DNA of 62,398 bases, filler included, from Choristocarpus tenellus KU-1152 (GCA_964200185.2; 12 parts of 12 records of this genome joined end to end with filler, not necessarily neighbours in it), one strand, 5' to 3'. Numbered from the whole stretch's first letter, positions 13,470-27,769 are shown. Numbers and translations: made by a program. Notes: a model not told the origin generated them from the letters alone.

Positions 13470-15114
13470 CCTTCTTGAAACGATTATCCTCCTTGGTTAC
13501 TTCTCTGAACCCCAACTATTGTTTGCAAGACACTGATGAAATATATGCTGCACTCAGGGATAACAAGAGGATGCATTGTATCATATGAACTTAACCACAT
13601 GGAAGATGTACTTCTCTTCCGACCACTGAAGTGGTTCTGACCACAATCAGGCGTGTAATATGGAGCCATAAAATAACCATCAAACACCAGAGCATTTGCC
13701 ACCACACCTCTACACTCTCACAACATCCAAGGATGAACCCTTGCTTTCCACGATAAAAATCGACCACCATACACAACAATAGCAGACAATCAAAATGGCC
13801 CCCAAAAAGCCCAGGAAGGCCTACTATTCTTTCAGGACAATCACTTGAGGGAACCCAAGTCGCAACATTCACAATACACACAATAATGCCCCTGTCCTAC
13901 CTCACCCTCCCTGCTTCACTGACTTGTTGTCTTCAAGTTCCTTATGCAACAATTTTGTTGTGGAGTCCCACTCAAGGCACAGAATGAGTGGTGTACATAT
14001 CTCACTATATAATAGTAGAGCATACTAAAAGAGATGATGTCAATTGGTGCCAATAAATCTACGGTGTATATTGCTGCCCCAACCACTTGCCAGCCCTCTC
14101 AGTCTACCTGTGAAGCAGTTCTGTACTGATTTCAGCACTCCTCAACATACTTGAGTTTCAACTGAGTGTATGACAACAATGAACTCACTGCCAGAGATGC
14201 ATCAGGATATGGACTCTTCTTGAGCCCCATTCCCCCCCCAACCCTCCACCCATCCCTTCTCTCCCCTCCACTCTGCGTGCAGAACTACATACATTGGTAC
14301 CCAGTTGAGCAAAACTGATCATGGTTATGAACGTACCTCACAACCAATCGCATGCAGCAAATCACTAGGACTCATAATCCCAGCACAGCGTAGGAAACAA
14401 GTTGGCAATTACGTTGGCGGCATTACCCTAGTGAAAAGTACTTCACCAGGAACCATACACAACGTATACAAAAAAAACACATTTTCAATAGCGACAAAAT
14501 TTGTCAACTTCGCCACAACCGGACACTGCCAGAACCCCCGCTAAACCTTTCCTATGCTGCTTCCTGGACTGTTGGTAATGCAGAGAGATCAAACAACGAG
14601 GCACACTAACACAAAATCGACGCGTCCCTGCAAGGAATAGAATACACAAAATCGATTGGAATATAAAGGCAGGAAAATGCAAAAAATCGAACATGGCTAT
14701 CTCTCGAAATCCCTCCATCTGATACACACACACACACACACACACAACATGGAGGAATATCCTCCCTCCGATTTGAGCTCTTCCACACTAGTCTTCCCAA
14801 AACATCAACATCCATACGCCATCTAATTGTGTTGTATATCATACGCAAGGGGATTGTTTGCAATAGGCTGACCGATCAATAAAAACGTTCCTCCTCCGCC
14901 CAGACTTGGGCCAATAGTTGTGATAGTATAAGGACACTTTGGTCGTCCTCCCCCCCACCCCAACAAACTATATACCCACTATCACATCCAAACCCCAAAG
15001 GCTCCTTGACTCTCCATCTGCAAATTCAGAGTAAGTGAGCTTATCCTCATAGATGGATGGGCTCTTGAAAATAGTCACAGGGAGGGGGGAATTTTGTGTC
15101 ACAATAAATCAGCT

Positions 15115-18081
15115 TCACCGGTGTACAGCAGCAGCATCCCATATCATGGTTGGGACACCCTTCCGAGCAGTCAGGATATCGCAGCCACTATCTGTTACCT
15201 AGGAAGCAGTGAGATGGGCAAGGCATGCATGCAATAATAATGCTAAGGCGTCGTCTTGACAGCACAACTTCAACAAGTCAAAGACGTATGCACTGTATTG
15301 TGAAAAGGTAAATCTCTAACCCTAACACTAACCCTAACCCCATTCAGCAAAGAATTCAAGTAAAAAAATATATTTTTGGTGTAATTAGCACTAGCTCAAT
15401 AGCAATAAAAGTCTAATAAAAAAATATTTTAAAAACTAATATTGTAACGCTGTAAAATCATACATGACAACTCTTACCCATTAAGTCGTTACAAAAATCT
15501 GACATTATACTTACAATATTTAAATGTTTTTTGCGAATGACATAATCACTACTCTAGCAGGTATCAAAAATATTTGTTTCAAGAAACGAATCAATTCACA
15601 CCACTTCACATGAACAAAACAATGCACTCTCAAGGTATACCCTAAACAATCAGATCGAAAGCACCAAACATTGTATTGCACAGGTAACAACATCAACAGA
15701 AGGACGTCACGCACAGTGTTCACATCTTCTCTTCTAAAATACTTCTTCATAGCATTCTCTCTCTCTCTCTCTCTCTCTCTGCCATTCCATAAAAAAACAA
15801 CACAAACACATTAGGGGTTACATACACACCCTCGCAAAGCTCTGATTAAAAAAAAAAAGCTATTACGGTAAAGGTTGAACTTGAACACAAGAGAGAAAAA
15901 AAAGGGATAAAAAAAAACTCAAACAAGTCAAATATTCAACTCAAGAAGTAAAAGAGGTTGGAGGTCCAAATCTCGCCTGGACAACTTTCCCCCCTGCTCC
16001 CTACTCCCTACTCCCTAAAACCAGAAACAAGACAGTGTGAATGGGGAGTCGGGTAGCAATCCAGCCTCTGACTCTTGTAAAAATACTCGGAATTTCTTCT
16101 CAATTTATCAAATATTGTGAACCAGCCCACAGGATAAGTAAAATAGACCCTCCCCAGCACAAAGACCAGCTAGTGTCACTACCCAAAAATATTCTGAATA
16201 ATTCCTTGCCGAAAGAATTTTCCACAATACCAAAAATTAAAAAAAAAGTCAATTCATCCACAATATCAAAAAAGAACCAAACATTTCAGATGTCCAACAC
16301 AACCACCCCCCCCCCCGCATGGACACTCCTAGAAAACAGACAACCAAGCAACACATCATCGCAACCAAAAACCCCAACTCACCAGAAGTGTGTGCTCAAA
16401 CTGTGCTGAGCGCTTCCCATCAGCAGTAACTGAAGTCCAGTTATCAGGCCACGTCACGTCCTGATATCAATTGATCGATCAATCAATCATCAATCAATCA
16501 GTCAGACTGGAATTAACACACACATGTTGTTCATTTTGATTTTTTTTTTCAGAAATGATGATGAAAGCACAACTAAGATTCTATTTTCAAACGGTCGAAG
16601 GCATCGATCGGTCTCCAAGAGGCTGCTACAAGAATTTTAATAAGATAGGGCGTGACTGGACAAGTAAATAGGTCTGTACGACAGGCAGACACAGTCCAAA
16701 CGAATAGAGTGCTCAGCGGAGCAATCGACTTCCCCGCCCCCCCTTCCCCCCCCCACAAAAAAAAATCGATTCGGGAGAGGAGAAAAAATAATAATAACCC
16801 GTACAAGTATGTGTTCAGTCCCACACCATGATACCATCCACCCAGTTTTCACCACAGAGCTGGTTACTCATCAGCGAAACAAAAAATATATAGTCAACAA
16901 CAGCATCAGGTGTAACCAAAACATGAGATGCTCTTCCATCCAACTATTAATACATGCATAATACATACATACATACATAAAATGCATAATACACTTTTAA
17001 TATCTTTCCTCCAACAGCAACAAGTCTACAAACAAAACTAACGATTGAACGAAAAATCAGACAACAGCAAGAGGTACATGATCACTTTGTACTAATGTGT
17101 TTGTTCGGTCATGGACTGTCAGAGTTAGAAGCAATTACTTTTTCCTACTTCAACTGATACAAAACTGTTCTCAAAGGCATTACTTCTTTAGTGCCTCAAC
17201 GGATACATTTTTTTTTCCATTTCAAAACAGTTTGCGACGACGAGCATAAAAATAATGCATCAGGAAGGCGTTTCTTGCACTTTCACAGTATAGCCGGTGC
17301 GAACAAGGCACCCTGAGGCTTAAGTAGGATTCTCAACGAGATTTTGAAAAGGGTTCTTACAAGACCCCCCCCCCCCCACAAGAAGATGGGCAAACATTTG
17401 ACATCACCATCTCTCTCTTGACCACACACCCACTGTCTGCCCCCCCCCCACCCTGCTCGGACTGATGCTCAACAGAGGAAATACAAAAAAAAGTAAACAA
17501 ATGTACACTACATATCACGCCCCAGTCACTCTGAATTGGAAGGCGTACCACACCGAAACATCTACATGTTCAAAATCGTGATTGTGCTAAAAAATTTCAG
17601 AACAAACTCTCTACAACACACACACACAAGATTATTTTTGCTCATGGATATTTTTTGCACTCCCCAAGAGCACCATTGCTACGTAACACACAACAAACAC
17701 AAATGATACGGAGGCGTTTACATACCTCAAACAAACCGTTTATTCGGAATCACTTAATGAAACCAGTCTCCTATACTCCCATTCACTTTTTACCCACAAG
17801 GTTTTCTTGTTCACTCAAACCTTACTCCCAGACAAAACAAAACAAAACACAAAACACCAAGGCTGAACAAAGACAGTACCCCTCTCTACAGTACCCCTCC
17901 CAAGAGCGGTCATAATCTACTTCCCTCCCACCTGCCATGTCCCAAGGTTGATCATGGGCTCTATGGTGAAAATATGCCCCTTCTTCATCACCCCCTTGGC
18001 CTTGTTCTTTGGATAGTGAGGAACGTTAGGAACGGTGTGAAAGAGAGACCCGATGCCATGTCCACAGTAAGTCTTCACCAC
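15115..18081 (-). CDS. METAP1: Methionine aminopeptidase 1, last three exons (18081-17932, 16460-16383, 15198-15115); 5' part not found in contig
   Basis: Spliced translation [50 protein letters not shown]|[26 protein letters not shown]|[27 protein letters not shown]; GHGIG, TIEPMIN and SAQFEHT motifs; phase-0 GT-AG introns. Confidence 0.95.
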
Positions 18082-18919
18082 CTGACAGTCTGCAAGGAGT
18101 TGAGGGTTAGGACAGAATTAGCTACCCCCGGAGATTTTTAAAAATCGTTCATCGAGGATTGACCAGAGTGGTGAAGGACCTTACAGGGATAGCTAGCTAG
18201 TGTTGGGACTCTTAACTCTTCCTGTCACCATCTTTTCAAAACAACACACCCAATCAAATCAATTCTATGCATTGTGCTCACCACCAGCACTCTCCTATTT
18301 AGTTCCATTCAGCTACAGATAGAGATCGAGAGAGAGATAGAGATCAAGGAGGTCTGCTAGGCGTCCACAAGTCCGTCAAACCCCTAAACACCAACCCACA
18401 TAGTATCCACATGAGAATGATGAAAGACACATTGTACACACACACACACACAACAAAAAGAATGGTTCCAAAAACAGTTTTTTTTCATTTTTTTTCTTTC
18501 CAAGGACACAATGCAACCAACAATAACACTCACCCCCCACCCCCCCCACACACAAAAATATCAATCTTGCACTAGATCAACATACCTCGAATTGTCGCAT
18601 CCTTTACATGACTGACCACTACAAAAGGTACTACTGATGCGGACTATTCACAACCACAACCACACCGCCCAACCACTGTACCAGCACCCAGCATATCACA
18701 TAGAACCTCAACTGACTCCCGTGACCAAATCCCTTCCACCCAGCCCCCCCCCCATCCCCCTATCAACCCCCCCCACCAAGCCGCGCCCCCAACATAACGT
18801 CGCTTCGGCGTTGAGCGTTNNNNNNNNNNNNNNNNNNNNNNNNNNNNNNNNNNNNNNNNNNNNTTAATTAATTAANNNNNNNNNNNNNNNNNNNNNNNNN
18901 NNNNNNNNNNNNNNNNNNN

Positions 18920-19229
18920 GTGCATCTGGGGTCTTGTTCATATGAAAAGGAAGAACAGAGATGGCAATAACAACAAAATAGAAAGGGTAACACAAGGTAA
19001 CAGTGGAACGCACTTGATACAAGTTCCGAAGTAACTTGGATGACGTGTGCTATGATGTTCCTCTGTGTGATGTGGATCAACTGAATATCAACTGATGCTA
19101 TACTTCTATCTACTGTCATCGATGTGATGATGAGTTGGAATGCGCAATAAATCCAATCAACAGTCAGTACAAGCTGGTAGTATGTGCATCATATCAACAA
19201 GAAACAAATGAGTAGCCTATGTTTTAACA
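18920..19229 (+). repeat. Dispersed LTR-like repeat, 3' portion
   Basis: Ends GAGTAGCCTATGTTTTAACA; homologous to 22130-22680, 22880-22955 and 31166-31713. Confidence 0.55.
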
Positions 19230-21400
19230 CACTACCCCAAGAAACGAGTCGCGCACGATAGTAGTGTTGACAGACTCCCATCTGCAGTACCTGGCTGCAA
19301 TGCAGGACTTTGAATTTTCGCTGCTATTTGCAAGCAGCCCGACCGATTCCGAAGCGTTAGAGTTGTTCGTAGATAGTGCTGCTGGTACACTATAAACACC
19401 ATCGGTGGAGTAGATTAGGAAATGCAGACACCACTGNNNNNNNNNNCACTGGTGGAGTAATGGAGGAAAGATAGAGCCAGATATATGTTTCCGTATATTT
19501 CAGTTGGACTCTACACAACGTTTATGTATGGTAGTTCATATATGGTACGGACCTGATACTTGATCATCAGTTGATATATCATGTATGGCACGTGTGATGA
19601 GTAGATATGATTCTTTTCTGATTATTCATGTGGACGTTGCAAATCCCACATGGTAGGCTGCACTAGTCTTACCCACCTTCTCAGTCAGCGGAATCGAGAC
19701 CACAAGACCCTTGTAATACTAACATTGTTCATCTACATCAAGCTGTTCTTTGTTCTTCATTAAAGCACCATAAAAGCCGCGGATCCATTGTGGGATAGTT
19801 CAACAGATGACTCACTCAGGAGATCGCTGTGGGTTCTGAGAGAGTCAGACAGTAGTTTCTCAAGAAGCTTGATGCGGAAAGGGGTTAGGGCATCACTTCT
19901 TGGACGTGATGCATTACGATTGTGGGCATGGTCTTTAGGAAAGGCCCACAATCCTCCTTGAACCCTCCCTAGAACCTTGGTAGAAGCATCAGCAAAGAAA
20001 ACAGAGTTATTGGACATGGCGGGGGCGGAGGTATCTGCAGGTACTCCAAGAAAAACGGGGCCGTTGGCAGGTCCTTCGAGTTTCTTCTGAATGCGTTCCA
20101 TCGTTTTAACACAATCTTGGTGATAATGCATATCAAGGTTTCGAGAGGCTCTGTCCCACTGCTGCCTACCGGATTGTGACCCATTCGACTCAGCTCATGT
20201 ACGCATCTCGTAAATTTCTCTTCACAACTGTGCTTCAACCTCTCTGTGCCGATGTACTGTACTCAGGCTATTCCTCTCAAATGACCTTGGTGATACAGAC
20301 CTGGATGGAGAATAATCGCTGATCCAACGATGACGTCTAGGTGAACGGGTACGGCCTCTGTGTTCTTCTCTAATCCTCCGTCCGTCTTGATGAGAGTGCC
20401 TGTCCCGGGATCTCGACCTGGAGCGGGATATGCCATGAGTGGAAGACTGAAAACGAATGCGTTCTCTTCACCTGCCTCAGTGTTCAACAAAGCGGACACG
20501 GCTGTTGCCAGAATCTTCTTGAGGTGTGGTACTGGGCTGGATCTTTCCGAATCATTGATTCAACTTCCTGCGAAAGCTGTGAGCCAGACATGTTCCAATG
20601 TGGAGGTCCCGGTAGGACCTCCATGTTACAACACGCTCCAGAACTCACCTTCACAGATGTGTAACTCTAATCCAACGACCTTAAAACGACACTATGGGGG
20701 GGTACTTCCACAGATGATGACCACGAATGGTGTCAGTTGATGCTTCGCTCAGTCGATGTTTCACTTTTCACTTTATCAAAAGATGGTATGGTAAGGATCA
20801 CAAGTACTGAATTGTGTGGTCAGCAACTCAGCCTTTATTAACGTCATCCACCGTTTTTCTAAAGCCAAAGAGTTAAATGATATCTGCAAACTGCAGTATA
20901 AATACTCCAATCATAATTTTTTATTCTGGAACTTCCAGGAATTGACGTTTATCCTTTGAGGTTATGTATGCATTTCGAATCTTACTCTGCATCTTCTATC
21001 AATCACAGTTCCTCTTGTATGAATTATTACATATGTATGATGTTCGCACTTGTTGGCACACGGAAAGAAATGCTTGCACTATTCGCCTGTAACACAAGGT
21101 CAAGGTGGTGATGATCCAATGTCTTACACATTCAGGTCACAAGCAAGTGCCTTCTAACCCATTGTCCCACACTCTGGTTCGGATCCATCATTTACCACCA
21201 GAACAATTGTTGATAAAGCTCTTCAACCTAGTGCTCACTAACAATGCACCATCTCAGTCCCACCCCGGGCATCTATCCTCTAAGAAGTGCTCCCAATTTC
21301 TATTTTACATTCATTCCTTCCAACTGTTTGCCTCCCACTCAAATGTCGACAAACGTTGTCGATGACCATCAATGTTCTCTTGAAGAATAATGGCAGATCT

Positions 21401-21443
21401 GACTCAAAGTATCCGGGGGGGGGGGAGTCTACACCAGGGTGTC
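21401..21443 (-). mobile_element. MITE family B fragment
   Basis: GACTCAAAGTATCCGGGGGG..GTCTACACCAGGGTGTC. Confidence 0.65.
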
Positions 21444-22129
21444 ACCTGAGTGACTCTCGTCAGTTGTTCATATGTACTACTTGAAAAATAACATGCACTT
21501 GAACAAATAATCAAAGTCACTGGTCCAGATTATATTTGACTATCTCAATCAGCACCAACTGTTGCCTACATTCTGGAGCACAGAGGTTGCTATCTTGTCG
21601 CATCAAGGTGAGTCATCTCGCGGGTGAAACACAAAATCATCAGTAAACTTGTTCAAACTCTTGGGTGTGATAGGATTAACATGAAATTGGTTCATGAAGA
21701 AGATGACCGCCCACCAATACCAGGTGGCCTGGTTCTCGGTTGTGGAGAACAGCAAGGGTGCCTGTTCGATTATTGGTCGCCACTGTCTCCTGACCCAATA
21801 AATGTCCCGCAATCAAAGGAGGGAAAGATTTTACGAGAAGCACAACGGGGATATACAAGCAGGCGCAAGATCAATATACAGCAGTGGAATAGTTAGTTCC
21901 AAGGAAACAGCACCATCATATGTACCCATCCATGTTGGAAAGGTGGGGTTCATTTATGTTGAAACCTGAATCGAATGCATGGTACATCTAAGCAAAATGC
22001 GTAGACTACGAGCGACGAGGAATCATGGTGTTCCAAAGCACTGATGAGTAATATGCATAGTCTGTGTTGTGAATAGATATGATTGTGCTGCAAGGCGCTG
22101 ATATATTTATTCTGTTGTAACTGAGGTCA

Positions 22130-22680
22130 TTGATCTCTCAGTCAAGAATGATGCGATGTGAATTCAGTGTCCTTTCATGAGATACTCAACGAAAGAAGTC
22201 CATGCTTTGTGGAGAGGCTTGTTACCTTGGCTGGCAAGGGTTTCCGTGGATGGTTTTAACTCTGATTATAATACATCCAGGTGTGTGTTAGGTACACTTA
22301 TTGCAGAGTGAGCTTGATGCATTATGAGGGAGCAATGACAATCAAGGAAAGAAAAACAACCAACAATTAACTTGGAGATGGAGTCTTCTGATGATAAAAA
22401 AGAAGAAGAGGGATGACAGACAGCAACGAGAAAAAAAAAGGTAACAGAAGAATACACCAAATTACTTTGAATGACGCTTGCTATGATGTTCCTGTGTGTG
22501 ATGGGTATCAACTGACCCTATACTTCTACCTACTGTTATCGATGTGATGATGAGTTGAGATGTACAAAAAACAAATGGGCAATAACAACCAGTGTAGGGG
22601 ACCAATCAACAGTCAGTACGAGGTGGTAGTTTTGTATCATATCAAGAAGAAACAAATAATTAGTAGCCTATGTTTTAACA
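22130..22680 (+). repeat. Dispersed LTR-like repeat (probable solo LTR)
   Basis: Long match to reverse complement of 31166-31713; ends TGTTTTAACA; start approximate. Confidence 0.55.
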
Positions 22681-25600
22681 ATTTCAATACTACAGGAGGA
22701 GGGTAGTGTGAGTGAATAACTAGCACCGAGTGACAGGAACAAATTAGGGTGAAAGAGTGCTCATATTGTGTTCTTTAAGCATTTCGATTTCAGTTCGTTA
22801 CTACAAGGTAGGGTTTGACGTGGTCATGACTTCCCTGAGGTGTAGTAACTTGTAGGCTGAGGGTGGATTTGGTGGCTCATGTTAAAACATAGGCTACTCA
22901 TTTGTTTCTTCTTGATGTAATACAAACCTGCCAGCTTGTACTGGCTGTTGATTGGTGCACGTCCCCAAGGTGAAAAGTTGACACTATAAGGTTGAATCGG
23001 TTCGGCCAATAGTCGAGTTTGAATGAGGAATAGTGATGAGTTTAAGCGAAAGACCAGACGCAATTGACCCATTGGTTCTCCATAGCCAAAGGGACCAACA
23101 GCCCTAATCTACATATAAAACGAAAAAGCAAAAGTAGAAAAGAGTAGCCCACACGAAGGTGGTTCGCCATCTCCAAGGGACTATAAGAGCAAATAATAAC
23201 ATAAATCTAGGTTCATATTCCAAATAGAAGGTTGTGCAATTTTGTTCTGACATACAGTGTGAGAGGTAAACACAAACACCCATCCATATAACATTCTCTT
23301 CCACTTTCTGACAAATCGCACAAGCAACACGTTGCCTTGAGCACTTCGTGAGTCTTTGGGATATATACATATTTTAGTAACCACTAGCAGTTTGCAGATA
23401 TTGACTTGGACGGATCAAGAAGAAGCATCTAAACTACACCTAAACTGGCACTATGAAGGCAGTCTAGAAATAAGGGAAGACTCCACAATCTGTCAAGGTC
23501 CGTCTTGCCTACCGACCTGGTGTCTCTAGCTTGAAATGCGTGGGGCGTCTTGAGATCGTCACCTGTGCTGTGACCGACACGCTCACGGCAAGACGCAAGT
23601 AAGTTTGCTGTGACTATAGAAAGGTCACAATCTCTGTACCACATTAATATATTTGAACAACAGAATTAGCACTATGTGACATACTGCCAGTTATAGGTTA
23701 CACTATATATATATTGCGAAACGCAGAACCAACCCTTTTCCCCTGTAATATTTGGCAATGTGTGACAACACTACTGGCACCCTATCCCAAGATTTGTGCC
23801 ACACTACAACACTCATACACCAACAAACATGAAAACAACAATAGCAAAGGTGGTAGAACACGAAACAACAATAATAGAGGTGCACACACATGCACGAAAA
23901 CACGCCATAGTAGCCTCAATTGTGGAGCCCTTATTTCGCAGGGTGCCTCGCTTGAAACAACTCCATCACCTTATAAAAAGCTCGTTTCCTTGTTAGATAC
24001 ACTTCAGAAAACTACATTCCCTCCAAATCCCGATTTTTGAAAAGTCGAACTTGCTCTTTAGCGTGCAGGCCTTAGTTCGATTTTCGTGGGTTCTTCATAT
24101 CAAATTCATCCAGGTATCGAGGTTGTTGCTCCTTGAGGTGGGGGACAGCTTTAATGGTACAGACTTCCGTTTGCGTTAGCCTGTTGGATGAGATAGACTG
24201 AGGATAGCGTACTGGCTTTGTTGAAAGGATAAGGGGGCTATAGGTTCGCTAAAAGGTTGGCAGAAAAAAGTCACACACATGTGCGTTGGAGGTGCCATAT
24301 ACTGGAGTTTTTTCACACCCACATAGTGTCTTTGGTAGAACCAAAAATTGAGATTAACTCTACCATTTAAGACACCAACACCACAAAAGAGATAGCACGT
24401 ACTAGTAGCACAATATTTGCCGTGTTGAAGATGGCAGGTATAAAACAGACTGGCACTACTTTTACAAAAGAGTGTATGGAGGGTACGTCTGGATCCAAGG
24501 AATGGGTGTTGTAATAGGTAAGGAATATTTACGGTGTGCTATAATTACTCCTGCAACACTCGCAAAGAGTGTGAGTGAGAAAAGGCACTGGGATACATTT
24601 TTTACTAGGTTTAGCAGAGTATAAATACTATATAGTGTACTCACAAACACTTAGTACTTCACAATAATATACACACTTACAGGATACGGCAATTGTACAC
24701 GAGTGGTGTCTAAGGAAATCGTGTGGTCAGGAGTATTGAGTGGTTAAATATTGTAATGGTGTTAATACAACATTGTCTGAGAGTAGGAGTGATGATCAAA
24801 GTGTCAGCAAAATTGATTGTGAGCATTGTTTCTTCAGATTAAGAAGCATTTTGTGACATGTCCCGTATATTGTGTAATAGATGAATTTGATGATGTGTGT
24901 AGAGTGATGTTACGTACTCCAGAATAGTGTGCAATACTGTTCCTAGAACAGGAAGAGAGCTAGTGAGTAAATGCATTGTAAGAAATGATGCGAAAATTCT
25001 AGATGATCTCGAGTTTCCCCAAATTCGAGTAACAAAAAAGTGCCAGAAATTTATTGATACGCTGAGACTTTTACAGAAAACCCCTTAAAAACGGCTCAAA
25101 GTTTGATACGAAATTGAGCTTTTAGAAATTCGATCTTAGTTTTGTTACTTTGTTTTTTTAAAGATTGTTCTATGTCCGTGGCGGGTGCCCCAAGCCCCCT
25201 TCCCCGAAGGGTTTGCTAAGAAAATGTGTCTCTTTGTGCCAAGTCTTGTTCTTGATGCAACGACCTGCTCCTCAGCAGACCTTGCCCCTGATGCACCACA
25301 GCAAGTTTCACCCACGCCACTACCGATGCATGTACCTAGGGATATCTTCTATATCTTTTATTCTGACTCTAGTTCTGCCTGGAATAATCTCACTGCAATA
25401 TCCATTGTGGTGAGCCCTCATGTTGGTCTTGGAAACTGGAGCATTTAAAGATATAATAGAAGCTCTACTACTAGAATTGAGCCAAAATGTTCAGTGAAAC
25501 CACACTGCTCTATGCGTTCTTTTCTTCTTATGCATGTCGGCACAACTAATTTTATCAACTTTTTGTTCTGTTGCTATTTTCAGTGTAACACTTTGAGACA

Positions 25601-26855
25601 AGATTTCTCTGTGGAGGTGACCCTCCTTGTGCTGATAATGTTTTTTGTTGACAAAAATAGGATAACCTGAGGTGATGCTATGTGTTATTTGTGTCAGATG
25701 TGCTTGTGATGATTTGTTCTCTGCAAGGACCGTTAGTTTAGAACCCAGTCTCAACTGACGTTACTGGGGTATATCGGAGCTTAAACCTTCTCTTATGTGA
25801 TGAGCAACATGAGCGACATTTGTGTTCTCTAGAGTGTCACTTTTTTCTTCCTCCCCCCCGAGACAACATCTGTAAAATGCTAGTAGGCATAAAATGATGA
25901 ACACATTCATCACTAATCACTTCATGGTCTAAGTAAGGAATCGCAAAAGGTTTAGAGATAATTTTCCAGCACAGTATGAAAATTCCCAACCTCTTTACCC
26001 AACTACTTTGAACTACGTTATGCTGAATACTGGAGTATAAATATACGCCCTTTACTTCACGACTAAAAAAAAATTCTTATAAAGATTTGGTTGTGCCGCA
26101 AGGGCTTGCCTTGTACAGAATTTTTAAGAAGAATAGCTTAGCTGGAAAACTTGCTAGGTCTGTTGAAAAATGGGAAAGAAATGGATAAAGACTAAATTTG
26201 AACACATCAATATGTGCTCCTTTAATTGCAATTTCCTCGGGAAGAGACTAGGCCCTTGACAGGCTGTCGACTAATCCAGGAATCCCCAATTTCCTCCCAC
26301 TAAAAGGGGGGGAGTTGGAGTCATGGTGCTACAATATGATGTTGAGTCACTAGGATGTAAGGTATACTCAAAATACCACCAACGATTTCTTGTTCATTCA
26401 CATCATACCACCTACCAAACCACAACCCTATTTCTTTTCCGGGTCAAGAGTGTTGCAGCAAATGATATTCCCCTTGCTTCTGGTGCTGATATGGGCACAA
26501 GTTATCTTGGAAGCAAACTGGGTTTGGTAAGCTGTTGGAGTGTAAGTAGAAGTTGATTATGAACAGATTAAAATAATCCTTGTGGTCGTTGTCAACAAAA
26601 GTGGTTGTTTTGCCATTGACACCACCAGTAGTACTTACAACCATTGTCCCAGTCCAGTGTGAGATTGTCACACTTCCTCATCTAAAGTACTCTAATGATC
26701 AAGATAACTAAGTGTAATCATAAGCTGGTGATGAGTGTCGTGAGGAATATGTTTGACAGGATCCTGCTAAGTGAGGGAAGGGAGAAAAAGGACGATGTTT
26801 CTTTGCGTATGTACCAGGGTAGTAGCCATGTGTTACAAAGTGCATGTGTTTGAAT

Positions 26856-27449
26856 CTACGAGCTTGATGCGGTATCTTTTTGACTAGTTTTCCCCCCCCG
26901 ACCTGCTCCCATGCTCTCCTTCTCTTTTCTACGGTGGTGGTCCTCCTTGCTCTTTCGGTCACTCTTGGTGTGATGTTCAACGCTGCTGCTTCCTTCCCTT
27001 GTACCTGTGTCCTTCTGTTTGCGCTCCTTTGAACTAGATCTATTGTCCTTCTTGTCACGATCTGCTCCTCGACTTGCAACCTCCTTTGTGCTAGGAATGC
27101 TGTGTTCTTGTCCTTTTCCTTCGAATGCTTCCTTGTTGAGTTTGCCTAGATGATTATCCTCGTCATTTCCAACGGAGATTCCTTCCTCAGCTTCTCCATT
27201 GCAGTCCTCTTGAATGGAGCTTTGGAGTCCTTTGCTTTCTTGTTGTTGTAGAGTATCTCCCGAGTCTTCTTCTCCATCCAGCAGGAATTTTCCAGGTGCA
27301 CCTGGATGCACATTAAATTTTCCACAGACGACAACTTCAGGGTCCATGGTCAGGCTCTTGCATGTTATGTGTCCCACCACAACTGCCTCCCGGCGAAGCC
27401 TGACTCGTTCTACAACTATGTTCCCCACAACTTTGCCATCCACCACCAC
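26856..27449 (-). CDS. Terminal exon of a bactofilin (polymer-forming cytoskeletal) domain protein with a charged low-complexity tail
   Basis: CAG acceptor at 27452-27450, then VVVDGKVVGNIVVERVRLRREAVVVGHITCKSLTMDPEVVVCGKFNV (bactofilin beta-helix pattern V-x-G-x-V-x-GNI...V-x-L...A-x-V-x-G-x-I...L...G); open to TAG. Confidence 0.75.
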   Translation of the reverse strand: MVVDGKVVGNIVVERVRLRREAVVVGHITCKSLTMDPEVVVCGKFNVHPGAPGKFLLDGEEDSGDTLQQQESKGLQSSIQEDCNGEAEEGISVGNDEDNHLGKLNKEAFEGKGQEHSIPSTKEVASRGADRDKKDNRSSSKERKQKDTGTREGSSSVEHHTKSDRKSKEDHHRRKEKESMGAGRGGKTSQKDTASSS

Positions 27450-27708
27450 CTGCCCGATCCATATTTAAGCATCAAGCAAATAATGTGTTGGACTTGCTGG
27501 AAAAGGTCATTGAGAATTACTACTCATCTTTTGGCTCAAAGTATGTGGACGAGGGGGGGGGGGAGGGCTACACCATTCGGACCCTGTCCAGGAGAAGGGG
27601 ACTTGCATNNNNNNNNNNNNNNNNNNNNNNNNNNNNNNNNNNNNNNNNNNNNTTAATTAATTAANNNNNNNNNNNNNNNNNNNNNNNNNNNNNNNNNNNN
27701 NNNNNNNN

Positions 27709-27769
27709 GATTTTGGCCCAAATGGACACCCTGGTGTAGACCCCCCCCCCCTCCCAGATACTTTGGGTC
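27709..27769 (+). mobile_element. MITE family B right end at contig start
   Basis: ATGGACACCCTGGTGTAGACCCCCC..CAGATACTTTGGGTC. Confidence 0.75.
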
